Assembly (NCBI GenBank): GCA_034520965.1
Contig: JAXHMY010000001.1
Span: 672,001 to 736,000, forward strand
DNA from: Spirochaetia bacterium
GTDB taxonomy: Bacteria; Spirochaetota; Spirochaetia; DSM-16054; Sediminispirochaetaceae
Length of the DNA: 64,000 nucleotides
Reading direction: 5' to 3'
In this document: positions 29,109-37,931 of the stretch, in pieces
Position numbering within the stretch: the stretch's first letter is position 1
How the letters are laid out: each line of letters opens with the position of its first letter
Notes under the pieces: generated by a model
Database searches by the model: none
Told to the model about the DNA's origin: nothing
The model's input: only the letters and a program-made list of their open reading frames with translations
Made by a program: the position numbers and the translations under genes

Positions 29109-30998
29109 TTAATCTACAATCCTCGTTTTCACTTTGGTCTTAGGAATTTCAGATTGGATACTGCCGCCTTCCTGAAAGAGGTGTGAATACACCTGCTTAA
29201 AGGCCTTCACCACAGGGGGAGCAAACTGACTGCCGGAGAGCAGTGTAATTCGATGCAGAGCTTCTTGAGGAGTTAATCCTTTCCGATAAGGCCGGGTAGA
29301 AGTAATCGCATCATATGCATCCGCTACACTTACTATCTGCGCTTCCAGTGGAATGTTATCTCCTTCTAAACCATCAGGATAGCCAGTGCCGTCATACCAC
29401 TCATGGTGGTTACGAATTATGTACATATGATCTTTTAAGAAGCTAATGGGCTTTACAATTTCCGCGCCCTTTAAGGGGTGCTGCTTAATAATATTGTATT
29501 CCGAGGCAGTTAGATTCTTAGGTTTACGCACAATCGATTCGGAAATTCCAATTTTCCCTACGTCATGCAGCAGACAGCCAATCCGCAAATATTCTAACCG
29601 GTGTTGTTCTAAACCAAGTACCCGACCAATTCGCATGGACAATTCGGCTACCCGTTCAGAATGTCCCCGGGTATATGCATCCTTCTCTTCAATTGCCTGC
29701 ACTAAAGCCCCTACGGTGTTTACATAGCCGCTTTCTATCTCTTCCTTAAGCTGAGCCTTATGTAGCGTTTCAGCTATTGTATTGGTAAAAATGGACAATT
29801 CATCCAGGTCCCGGGGGCTTACTTTTCCCTTGCTCTTAAGACGATCCGCTCCGACAATTCCAATAACTTTGTCACCGGTTCGCAGGGGTGCAATAATGAA
29901 CGAAGAGACATCGAAATTACTCAAAATTCGGTTTGTCGGATGCAGTCCGGTCGTAATTGGATCCTGTATGTACATCGGTTTTGCTTCTTGAAAGACCCTG
30001 GCCATAATATTTTCCTTTCGGTCAATGGGTATTCGATACCCTCGCAAATGAAGTTCGATCGCTTCCGGACTATCACCGATTGCATACTTAAACTCAAGAT
30101 AACGCTCATCCTTATCAACCAGCATGATAATAGCCCGATCAAAGTCGAGCACTTCAACCATCGATTTCATTGTTGCCTTTAATATTTCTTCTGAATTGGA
30201 CTGGGAGACCAGCATATTTGAGGCGAGGTTCACCGCCCGCAGTTTCTCCACTTTGTCATACAATTCATGATTCAGTCGGTTTACCTCGTCATACTGTTTC
30301 TTCAAAGCCAGTTTATCACTCTCTATCTGTTCCAGTGCCGATAAAAGCTGGGCCTTGCGGGTTTGGAATATACTCAGCAGGTGATAAGGCCTCCAGCTCT
30401 TTGCATGAAACTGGATATTAAACTGGCAATAGGGATCGCCATTAAAGTAACAAAAGGGCTCTTCCACCTGAGCCGGTAAAAGCTTCCAGATGGTGGGTAT
30501 CGCTGAATATATCCCCTTATTAAAGCTGCAAATATCCTTCGACAGTACTCGGTTCTCCTTCCAGTGCAGCCGCACTACCGCCCGTGAGGGGGAACTGTAA
30601 ATTATTTCCATTATTTTTGTATGGTTGAACTGGGAGTTGATGTGATTGATCCGCTTCAATAATCCGGTTGGTCCGCCAAAGGTAACCAAAAAAAACTTTT
30701 GAATATAGCCAAACTCTCTTTGTTCGATTGAGTCTTTCCCAATATGGTAGGGAGCATGCGGATCGTTTAATAAGCTGCGCGCATTTTCAAAGATTTTTAC
30801 TATTAGCGCACTGGTAACCCAGTTATTTTCATCAGTTAATACCTTTTCCGGTGACTCAACAGTGCTGTAAGGCTCCGGAAGGTTGTCAAACAGATGTCCC
30901 GCTTGTTCAGGTGCCTTACTAAGCATATAGTCATACACCACCTTGATATTCAAGCAGTTTACTTCATTGTGGAGTTTTATGCTTTTTCTGTACGGCAT
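29109..30998 (-). CDS. Sensor-GAF-HD-GYP cyclic dinucleotide phosphodiesterase
   Basis: KDAYTRGHSERV, LHDVGKIG, HHEWYDGTGYP, VADAYDAITSTRPYR; central GAF; N-terminal H-NOX/V4R-like region. Confidence 0.9.
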   Translation of the reverse strand: MPYRKSIKLHNEVNCLNIKVVYDYMLSKAPEQAGHLFDNLPEPYSTVESPEKVLTDENNWVTSALIVKIFENARSLLNDPHAPYHIGKDSIEQREFGYIQKFFLVTFGGPTGLLKRINHINSQFNHTKIMEIIYSSPSRAVVRLHWKENRVLSKDICSFNKGIYSAIPTIWKLLPAQVEEPFCYFNGDPYCQFNIQFHAKSWRPYHLLSIFQTRKAQLLSALEQIESDKLALKKQYDEVNRLNHELYDKVEKLRAVNLASNMLVSQSNSEEILKATMKSMVEVLDFDRAIIMLVDKDERYLEFKYAIGDSPEAIELHLRGYRIPIDRKENIMARVFQEAKPMYIQDPITTGLHPTNRILSNFDVSSFIIAPLRTGDKVIGIVGADRLKSKGKVSPRDLDELSIFTNTIAETLHKAQLKEEIESGYVNTVGALVQAIEEKDAYTRGHSERVAELSMRIGRVLGLEQHRLEYLRIGCLLHDVGKIGISESIVRKPKNLTASEYNIIKQHPLKGAEIVKPISFLKDHMYIIRNHHEWYDGTGYPDGLEGDNIPLEAQIVSVADAYDAITSTRPYRKGLTPQEALHRITLLSGSQFAPPVVKAFKQVYSHLFQEGGSIQSEIPKTKVKTRIVD

Positions 30999-31006
30999 TC
31001 GAGTAT

Positions 31007-31822
31007 TTAAAACCTCTTTGTGAGGTACTCTTCCTGAGTAATCGACTGTACCGTTTCAAGATCAGCAATATGCAGATAATTACGGGCAAACTCAAACACC
31101 TGCTGATAGGTAAAACGATACCCAAAATTTTCGAAATACCCGCCGAGTACCTTTTTTGGTCTCATTAATGAGTATCGGCAGGTTACATCCAAAACCGGCA
31201 GTTTTTTTTCCTTACACAGCAGTTCGATTTCATCAGCATTCACTACCAGCATAGGCCGGTATACTGCATAGCCTTCCGGCATGGAGAGGTAGATATAGAA
31301 GCGTTGTGATATCTCTAAAAACCGCTCTTCCGAGTACACCTCGGCATGGGAGGTTGAATCGGCCAGTGCATCTCCCACCAGACGGTTGAGGGCGTATCCG
31401 GCAAGGTCCCACAAGCTATGTCCCGATACCAGAACTACCTCTTCCATCGGCCTGTGAAGCCGTGAGAAGAGCTCTGGAAGCACCTTTTTACGAATATTTT
31501 GGCAGGGGCGGCAGGGGTTCTCACTCTCTTCGAGCACCGAATCATCAACATCAGACAACTGATACGTCAAGTCCACCCCCAGAGCTCCCCAGAATGTCTT
31601 GAGCTCTCGCCCCAGGTCCTCAGTGTATCGGTGGCGGGGGTAGGCATATAAGAATGCAGATACATCGAAGTTGTATTTCTCTTTCACTGCGTTTAGAAGG
31701 TAAAGGGCCGCCGAGGAATCTTTCCCGGCCGAAAATGTTACCGCCACCATCTTACCCTTCAGTTGTGTCAGGTATTCGCGATTTAAGGTTTCCCATTTTT
31801 CAAGAACATGCGTAGTAATCAC
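31007..31822 (-). CDS. TtcA-like PP-loop ATP pyrophosphatase (adenine nucleotide alpha hydrolase)
   Basis: AVTFSAGKDS PP-loop, PCRPC, SGH, RPML; GTG start overlaps the upstream gene. Confidence 0.75.
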   Translation of the reverse strand: MITTHVLEKWETLNREYLTQLKGKMVAVTFSAGKDSSAALYLLNAVKEKYNFDVSAFLYAYPRHRYTEDLGRELKTFWGALGVDLTYQLSDVDDSVLEESENPCRPCQNIRKKVLPELFSRLHRPMEEVVLVSGHSLWDLAGYALNRLVGDALADSTSHAEVYSEERFLEISQRFYIYLSMPEGYAVYRPMLVVNADEIELLCKEKKLPVLDVTCRYSLMRPKKVLGGYFENFGYRFTYQQVFEFARNYLHIADLETVQSITQEEYLTKRF

Positions 31823-32936
31823 TTGTTAGTTTCTCCATTATTGAGGTATCCACAATATATCCGGCAGCCTGATTCCGCCTAATCGAGGCTTTCCCGCCGT
31901 ATCCGAAGGTATAATCCTCGGTTATGATATTATCCGACAACAAATGCCGATCGTAAGACCCATCTACGTATACCGGCTGTTCCATCAACGAGGCCGCCAC
32001 CCGGCCTAAGCCTGAGAGGATACCGGTTTCTCCCACATGGCAGCCAAGCTGATAACTCAGGCCATTTTCCTCAGCCAGCCGCGCCATATGTAAACTGCGC
32101 AGCAAACCGCCGTGTTTGGATAATCGTATATTGATCATTCCAAAACTTGCATCTTGACTGATCTGTTCAACATCCTGGAAGCTCACCGCCGATTCGTCGG
32201 CAACAAAACAGAAGTCGCCGCTTTCGGGAACAGCACCGACTCGTCCCATTCCTTCCCAGTCCCTGCCCAGCGGCTCTTCAATCAGAGAGATACCAAACTC
32301 CTGCAAAAGAGGCAAATGATCGATAGTCTCATCGACGCTCCAGGCTGCGTTGGCATCAACCCGCAGGTCGTATTCATTCCCCAACATTCCGCGGGCCTTT
32401 TCCAGAACCTTACGATTATACTCTGTATCCCGGGCTAATTTTATCCGCAGATTTGTGATTCCAGCCTGAAGGTAGGCCCCCAGCATCTTTTCAGCTGCCG
32501 GGAGAGGAAGCATCGGCAGGGTTCCCCCGTAGATTAACTCCCGGCGACGCGGTTTCATCTGCAACAAGGTATATACATCCACTTTTTGACGCTTACACAA
32601 AAGGTCCAGCAGTGCCCCTTCTACCGCACAGAGCAGCGGCAGTTCAGCTGCAGGCCATTCTGAAGACAGCAAGGCGGGAAGAAGAGTATCAATTGAACCA
32701 TCGGCATCCGGCAGCCTATGGAGAATCCCGCGTACCACAGCTGCAGTCTCAGTGGAGTCGGCGGTACTGGTGCCGGTTACATATTCACGGGCCACTGCTT
32801 CTCCAAAGCCGGAGTATTCTCCGTCGGAGAGTTCAACAATGAGTGAATCCGACGCCTGTCGCCGGGCCTGGGAATGGGTAAAATCGAGTTTGAAGGGTAT
32901 TGATAGGGCATGCACGTAAGCCTGTAAGTTCAGCAT
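31800..32936 (-). CDS. Enolase superfamily enzyme (muconate lactonizing enzyme/dipeptide epimerase subgroup)
   Basis: GFGEA, RVDANAAW, IEEP, ADES, NIRLSKHGG, GCHVGE. Confidence 0.88.
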   Translation of the reverse strand: MLNLQAYVHALSIPFKLDFTHSQARRQASDSLIVELSDGEYSGFGEAVAREYVTGTSTADSTETAAVVRGILHRLPDADGSIDTLLPALLSSEWPAAELPLLCAVEGALLDLLCKRQKVDVYTLLQMKPRRRELIYGGTLPMLPLPAAEKMLGAYLQAGITNLRIKLARDTEYNRKVLEKARGMLGNEYDLRVDANAAWSVDETIDHLPLLQEFGISLIEEPLGRDWEGMGRVGAVPESGDFCFVADESAVSFQDVEQISQDASFGMINIRLSKHGGLLRSLHMARLAEENGLSYQLGCHVGETGILSGLGRVAASLMEQPVYVDGSYDRHLLSDNIITEDYTFGYGGKASIRRNQAAGYIVDTSIMEKLTSDYYACS

Positions 32937-32962
32937 GGCCGCATTGTAAACCGGCCATGCTG
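32931..32962. promoter_or_regulatory. 11-bp inverted repeat spanning a -10 box and the start codon
   Basis: Minus strand cagcatggccg-gtttacaatg-cggccATGctg; TACAAT lies in the loop. Confidence 0.55.
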
Positions 32963-33014
32963 ATAAAGAAAGGAAAAAATTCTTAGTTCTTCCGAGGACA
33001 AAGTTTTTTAGGGC

Positions 33015-35003
33015 CTATTCTTTCTCTTTCACAGATTTCTTTTGCTTCTTTTGTGTCTTTTTTTGCTTCTCCGGCCGGGTTTCACTGTTCAGCTGCGCAA
33101 TCAGGTTTTTGTACTTGTCCTGAATATACTGCCGCTTGACCTTAAGGGTTTGGGTGAGTTCCCCTCCAATAGTAAACTCATTTTTCACCGGTAGAATATG
33201 TGATACAAACTCAAAAGGCTTAAACCCATGCTCTTTACTTATCAGGCTATTAACTTCCCGCATAAGGATTGCATTGATTTTATCATTCTCAATTGAGTAG
33301 GCGCCTTCAGTGGGAACCTCATAGTCGGTCACCTTCAGCTCCTCGGCTAAGCGCATCAGCTCATCCGGGTTTACCGCAACCAGAGCGGTAAGCTGTTTAC
33401 GGTCCTGACCTAGAAGCACGGCGTGATCAATATAGGCACTCTCTTTTATCTTGTCTTCAATTCGCTCCGGTTCTACGTTCTCGCCGCCCATCAGTACGAT
33501 AGTATCCTTTGCTCGACCGGCGATAATAAACTCTCCATTTTCCGATTGAATAGCCAAATCACCGGTATTTAGCCACCCCTCATCGTCTATCATTTTAGCG
33601 GTAGCTTCGGGGTTTTTATAGTAGCCCTGCATGACCTGCGGACCACGTACATATAAAACCCCCTTTTCGCCTACTTCCGCCAGAGTCCCGTCTTCCCTGC
33701 GAACCTGTACCTCAGTGTTTACAAAGGGGTGACCTGTGGACCCAAAGGTATTACAACCGAAGGTACGGGATAAAATTCCCGGCGCGCATTCAGTCATGCC
33801 ATACGCATTTACAATGTTGATGCCGATTGAATTAAACAGCTCGTCCAGATATTTCGGCAATGCCCCGGCCCCTGAGGTAGCTCCGCGTAAATTGCCGCCT
33901 ACCTTATCACGAAAGGGGGTGAACATTTTATGGGCCAACAGATGTCCCGGATACATAAGCCCTGCCAGTACTGCATGGAACAGCCAGGAAGCAGCCCTAC
34001 GCAGTTTTCCGCGCTTTTTCAGAGAAATATAGCCGCCTTTCATGTAGATTCGGGAAGAGAGAAAAAGCTGATTGATTTTAATAAAAGTAAAAATCAGATA
34101 CCGCTTGGCCGCCGGCATAGTACTCAAGGCCTTAATCAATTTCTGATAGATGGACTCCCATACCCGGGGTACGGAGATGATAATCTCAGGCTTCTCCTCC
34201 TGAAGGTCGGCGGCGAAACGCTTGGCGGAGGAATAAATAATAGTAACACCGGAGGAGAGGCCAATGTATTCAAAGGCCCGCTCATACACATGCCAGGAAG
34301 GCAGCATAACCACTGTCTTCTCACCTTTGTTCGGATCAATCTCTAGGCGGGGAGTGTTCGCTATGACGTTCTGCATAAAGTTGCGGTGGGTCAGAACGAC
34401 ACCTTTTGGGTTACCGGTGGTGCCGGAGGTGTAGACAATTGTCATCACATCATCCAGGGAAATACGCGCGCGCAGCGCATCGAACCACTGGGGATCCGAT
34501 TTCAGTTCCTCACGCCCTTTTGCAACCACCTTGGAATAATAGGAAACCTTCTTTTTCACGTTGCTCGGCAGGTCATCGAGGGGAGCCTCGTCAATGAGTA
34601 TAATCTGCCGACAGGTATCCCAGTTCTCTTTAGTAAAGTGTTCCAATAGATCTTTTAACTGTGAGTACTGCTCAACTACCAGAAAAGTTGAATCGGAGTG
34701 TTGAAAAATAAACTGGACCTCCTCCGGTGAGGTATCCGAGCCCCGGGGTACACTTATGGCTCCAACGGCTATTAATGCGAAGTCGCTTACCGACCACTCA
34801 TAACGGTTGTTCACAAAAAAGCCGACCTTCTCACCAGCCTCCAGCTTATATGCAGACAGTCCGGCGGCAAACTCCTGAATTTCCCGGCTAAACTCTTTAT
34901 ACGTATGAGTAGTTACTTGATCCTTGCCTTTCATTTTATGTGAAATGCGATCTGGAAAACTTTGAGTTGTTTCAAAGGGAATATCGATGATGGTACGAGC
35001 CAT
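33015..35003 (-). CDS. Long-chain fatty acid-CoA ligase
   Basis: YTSGTTGNPKGV, YGMTE, GPQVMQGYY, WLNTGD, GRAKDTIVL.GGENVEP, TQTLKVKR. Confidence 0.93.
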   Translation of the reverse strand: MARTIIDIPFETTQSFPDRISHKMKGKDQVTTHTYKEFSREIQEFAAGLSAYKLEAGEKVGFFVNNRYEWSVSDFALIAVGAISVPRGSDTSPEEVQFIFQHSDSTFLVVEQYSQLKDLLEHFTKENWDTCRQIILIDEAPLDDLPSNVKKKVSYYSKVVAKGREELKSDPQWFDALRARISLDDVMTIVYTSGTTGNPKGVVLTHRNFMQNVIANTPRLEIDPNKGEKTVVMLPSWHVYERAFEYIGLSSGVTIIYSSAKRFAADLQEEKPEIIISVPRVWESIYQKLIKALSTMPAAKRYLIFTFIKINQLFLSSRIYMKGGYISLKKRGKLRRAASWLFHAVLAGLMYPGHLLAHKMFTPFRDKVGGNLRGATSGAGALPKYLDELFNSIGINIVNAYGMTECAPGILSRTFGCNTFGSTGHPFVNTEVQVRREDGTLAEVGEKGVLYVRGPQVMQGYYKNPEATAKMIDDEGWLNTGDLAIQSENGEFIIAGRAKDTIVLMGGENVEPERIEDKIKESAYIDHAVLLGQDRKQLTALVAVNPDELMRLAEELKVTDYEVPTEGAYSIENDKINAILMREVNSLISKEHGFKPFEFVSHILPVKNEFTIGGELTQTLKVKRQYIQDKYKNLIAQLNSETRPEKQKKTQKKQKKSVKEKE

Positions 35004-35027
35004 AGTTCCTCCTCTCTCTCCTATTAA

Positions 35028-35145
35028 GAAAATAGCCGTATCCGGCTATTTTCGTCGTTTCGGTTGCCGCTACGCGGCATGCGAAACTAATATAGTTTAA
35101 ATATACTAGATACAGAGATGATAGTATAGATAGTTTCGCATGCCG
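35028..35145. promoter_or_regulatory. Structured intergenic region upstream of the acyl-CoA ligase
   Basis: 15-bp perfect inverted repeat (35075-35089 / 35131-35145) and 11-bp hairpin gaaaatagccg/cggctattttc (35028-35053). Confidence 0.6.
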
Positions 35146-35149
35146 GATT

Positions 35150-36016
35150 TTAATGCCCCCTCTCAAAGTAGAGGTCACCGAACCTGTGTGCCTCGGCCAG
35201 GAGCAGGCGAAAGCCCCGTTTCTGCAGGAAGGTAATGGCTGCATCTTTCAGTGCAGAGCTGTGCCATTCGAGTACAATCCGGGAGGCCCTGCCGAGAATC
35301 TCCTGCGCACCCTGCAGCACTTCAATTTCAGCTCCCTCTACATCAATCTTAATTAAATCCACCCTTTTGAATCCAGCGCTCCGGCATATTTCATCTAGGC
35401 TGAATGCCTCCACCAGCTCTTTCTGCAGACTGGAGGGCTTGATCCAGGGCTGATCTAATTGACTGATATGCGCTGAGGAGATGGTCGGCACGTGTGCGTG
35501 ATGGAACATCTCCACATGGAGTTGCCCTGCGGCAGCCGCAGCATGCACCGGATACACCTGACTGCGAGTACAGTGGTTCAACGCCAGATTCGTGGTAAGC
35601 AGTTGATAGGTAGAAGAGATCGGTTCAACAGCTAGTACCCGGGCAGTCGGATTTTCATGTTTCATGCGAAGGGTATAAAACCCCTCGTTAGCCCCAATAT
35701 CAAGAACGGTATCATTCTCCTGGGCCCTAAAACCGGGAAGGCCCATGTGGGCAGAGTCAATCCACAAGTCGATTAATGTATCTATCGAGGCCGGCGCATA
35801 CTCCATATTCAATCTAAAAGTAAGACCGGCTAAATGTAAATCCTGCAGCTCCTCTTCACCCCTGAAAATCGAACTGCTTGTATGGGGGCCGCTGACTGGA
35901 CTTTTGTTATTACCCATTATTGCCCGTCGCCGAACCTCAATTCGGTCTATTAAGTGAATATCTTCATTGCTAGCGGCCAGAGATTTGAGCTGTTTGATTT
36001 TCGCAAGACGGTCCAT
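35150..36016 (-). CDS. FkbM family SAM-dependent methyltransferase
   Basis: VLDIGANEG, VLAVEP, VDLIKIDVEGAE, IVLEWH. Confidence 0.9.
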   Translation of the reverse strand: MDRLAKIKQLKSLAASNEDIHLIDRIEVRRRAIMGNNKSPVSGPHTSSSIFRGEEELQDLHLAGLTFRLNMEYAPASIDTLIDLWIDSAHMGLPGFRAQENDTVLDIGANEGFYTLRMKHENPTARVLAVEPISSTYQLLTTNLALNHCTRSQVYPVHAAAAAGQLHVEMFHHAHVPTISSAHISQLDQPWIKPSSLQKELVEAFSLDEICRSAGFKRVDLIKIDVEGAEIEVLQGAQEILGRASRIVLEWHSSALKDAAITFLQKRGFRLLLAEAHRFGDLYFERGH

Positions 36017-36116
36017 TCGACTAGTGTACAAGGATCCGGACCTTACTGCAAACACAAGGGGCATAGTGGAGCAATTCCGACTTTCACTTTGGCTATATCC
36101 ATTCTATACTAAGCTT

Positions 36117-37931
36117 ATGAGCGAAAAGAAGTCACTACAACAGTTCGCACAGCAACCATTGCCACAGCCATGGTGGAAAGAAACTACGGTGTATCAAGTG
36201 TACCCCCGCTCTTTTATGGACTCCAAGGGAGATGGGATTGGTGATCTGGAAGGAATTATCTCCCGGCTCGATTACCTGCAGGAGCTGGGAATAGAGACCA
36301 TTTGGCTTTCACCCTTTTATACCAGCCCGCAGCAGGATTTAGGCTACGACATTTCTCACTACTGCGATGTCTCCCCGGAGTATGGTTCCCTTGAAACTTT
36401 CGATCATTTGCTATTTGAAGTCCACAAGCGCAAGATGAAGTTGGTCCTGGATATGGTCTTAAACCATACCAGTATTCAGCACCCCTGGTTTCGCGAATCA
36501 GCCTCGAGCCGTGACAATCCAAAGCGCAACTGGTATGTGTGGAAAGACGGGAGAAAGCCCGAGGGGAAAGCACCCCCCAACAATTGGCGCAGCATGGTCG
36601 GAGGGTCCGGCTGGCACTACCATCCTGAAACACGGCAGTGGTACTGGGCCTCATTTTTATCCTTCCAGCCGGATTTAAATTACCGGAACCCCGAAGTAAA
36701 GCAGGAAATGTTCAAGGTGCTCCGCTTCTGGCTTGACCGGGGTGTGGACGGTTTCCGGCTCGACATTATCGGAGCGGTGTATGAGGACCCGTTTTTTCGG
36801 GACAACCCCCTCACCTGGAAGCTGTTGCCGGATGCGGAGAATACAGGCTTTCTGTTTCGCTCCCATCGGATGACGCAAAACCACCCGGACAACTTTGAGT
36901 TCGCCCGCGAGCTGCGTGCGGTGGTAGATGAGTATTCATCTTTGGAAAATCCATCCCAAGAAAGAGTGTTGATCGGCGAGACCTTCGGTTCGCCGGAGGT
37001 TCTGCGCCGCTACTGCGGGCGGGAACAGCCCGATGCTCTGCACCTGGTTTTTTTATTCAAAACCATGGCCGTACCCTTCTCGGCTCCCGCTTTTAGGAAA
37101 TTGGTTGAAGAGTTTGAGACGGTATTTCCAGCCCCGTTTATCCCTACCTACGTGTATTCAAACCACGATCGTTTCCGCCGCTTTTCTGTGCTGGGAGAGG
37201 ATACCCGTAAGGCCAAACTGAACAGTTTCTTTCAGCTTACAGTTCGGGGGGTACCGTTTATCTATTACGGAGAAGAAATTGGAATGCGCCAGGGTCGGAT
37301 TAAGCCTAAAGTTACCCGGGATGCAGTTGCCCTCCACATCGGTACCGTTCCGGCAGCGAGAATAAAATTTCTAAACCGACTGACCAATGGTGCTATTCAG
37401 CGTGACGGCTGTAGAACTCCGATGCAGTGGGACTCCTCATTGCAGGCAGGTTTTACACAGCAAACTGCAGAGCCCTGGATGCCGGTCAACGAGGACTCGA
37501 TGAAGGTAAACGCAGCAGAGCAAAAAGAACGGGGTGATTCGCTTTACGCATGTTATCAGCAGCTGCTGGATCTTCGTCGTTGTTACCCCGCCCTGCACCG
37601 CGGCAGCTTAGAACTACTTTCGAAGGAGTTGCTTCCAAAAGCGGTACTGGGCTACATCCGCTCGACCCCGGAGGGAGAAAAGCTTCTGATGCTGCTCAAC
37701 TTCTCAAGGAAAATCCAGCGCTTTTCTCTGCCCCTCTCCGCAATTCTGTCCACGTATAGTTCCACATCCAGTTCCAATTCAGAGGCGGAAGTGCAAATAC
37801 TTTTTTCTACTGCGGGCAGGGGTGATCAAAAAAGCCCTTTCTCTTCTCCCGGCGAACTACAGCCCTATGAGGGACTGCTCTTGATTATACTTTATCCGGA
37901 TCAAGAGCAGACAGCCAGCGACCCTGCTTAA
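36117..37931 (+). CDS. GH13 alpha-glucosidase / oligo-1,6-glucosidase
   Basis: YQVYPRSF.DS.GDGIGDL, DMVLNHTS, QPDLN, DGFRLD, SNHD, YYGEEIGM, RDGCRTPMQW. Confidence 0.93.
   Translation: MSEKKSLQQFAQQPLPQPWWKETTVYQVYPRSFMDSKGDGIGDLEGIISRLDYLQELGIETIWLSPFYTSPQQDLGYDISHYCDVSPEYGSLETFDHLLFEVHKRKMKLVLDMVLNHTSIQHPWFRESASSRDNPKRNWYVWKDGRKPEGKAPPNNWRSMVGGSGWHYHPETRQWYWASFLSFQPDLNYRNPEVKQEMFKVLRFWLDRGVDGFRLDIIGAVYEDPFFRDNPLTWKLLPDAENTGFLFRSHRMTQNHPDNFEFARELRAVVDEYSSLENPSQERVLIGETFGSPEVLRRYCGREQPDALHLVFLFKTMAVPFSAPAFRKLVEEFETVFPAPFIPTYVYSNHDRFRRFSVLGEDTRKAKLNSFFQLTVRGVPFIYYGEEIGMRQGRIKPKVTRDAVALHIGTVPAARIKFLNRLTNGAIQRDGCRTPMQWDSSLQAGFTQQTAEPWMPVNEDSMKVNAAEQKERGDSLYACYQQLLDLRRCYPALHRGSLELLSKELLPKAVLGYIRSTPEGEKLLMLLNFSRKIQRFSLPLSAILSTYSSTSSSNSEAEVQILFSTAGRGDQKSPFSSPGELQPYEGLLLIILYPDQEQTASDPA

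Noticed and set aside
35035..35070. Minus-strand GGCAA-CC-GAAA-C-GACG-AAAA resembling a c-di-GMP-I riboswitch core
   Set aside because: No P2 stem can form around GAAA and the P3 consensus is absent; kept only as a generic structured leader
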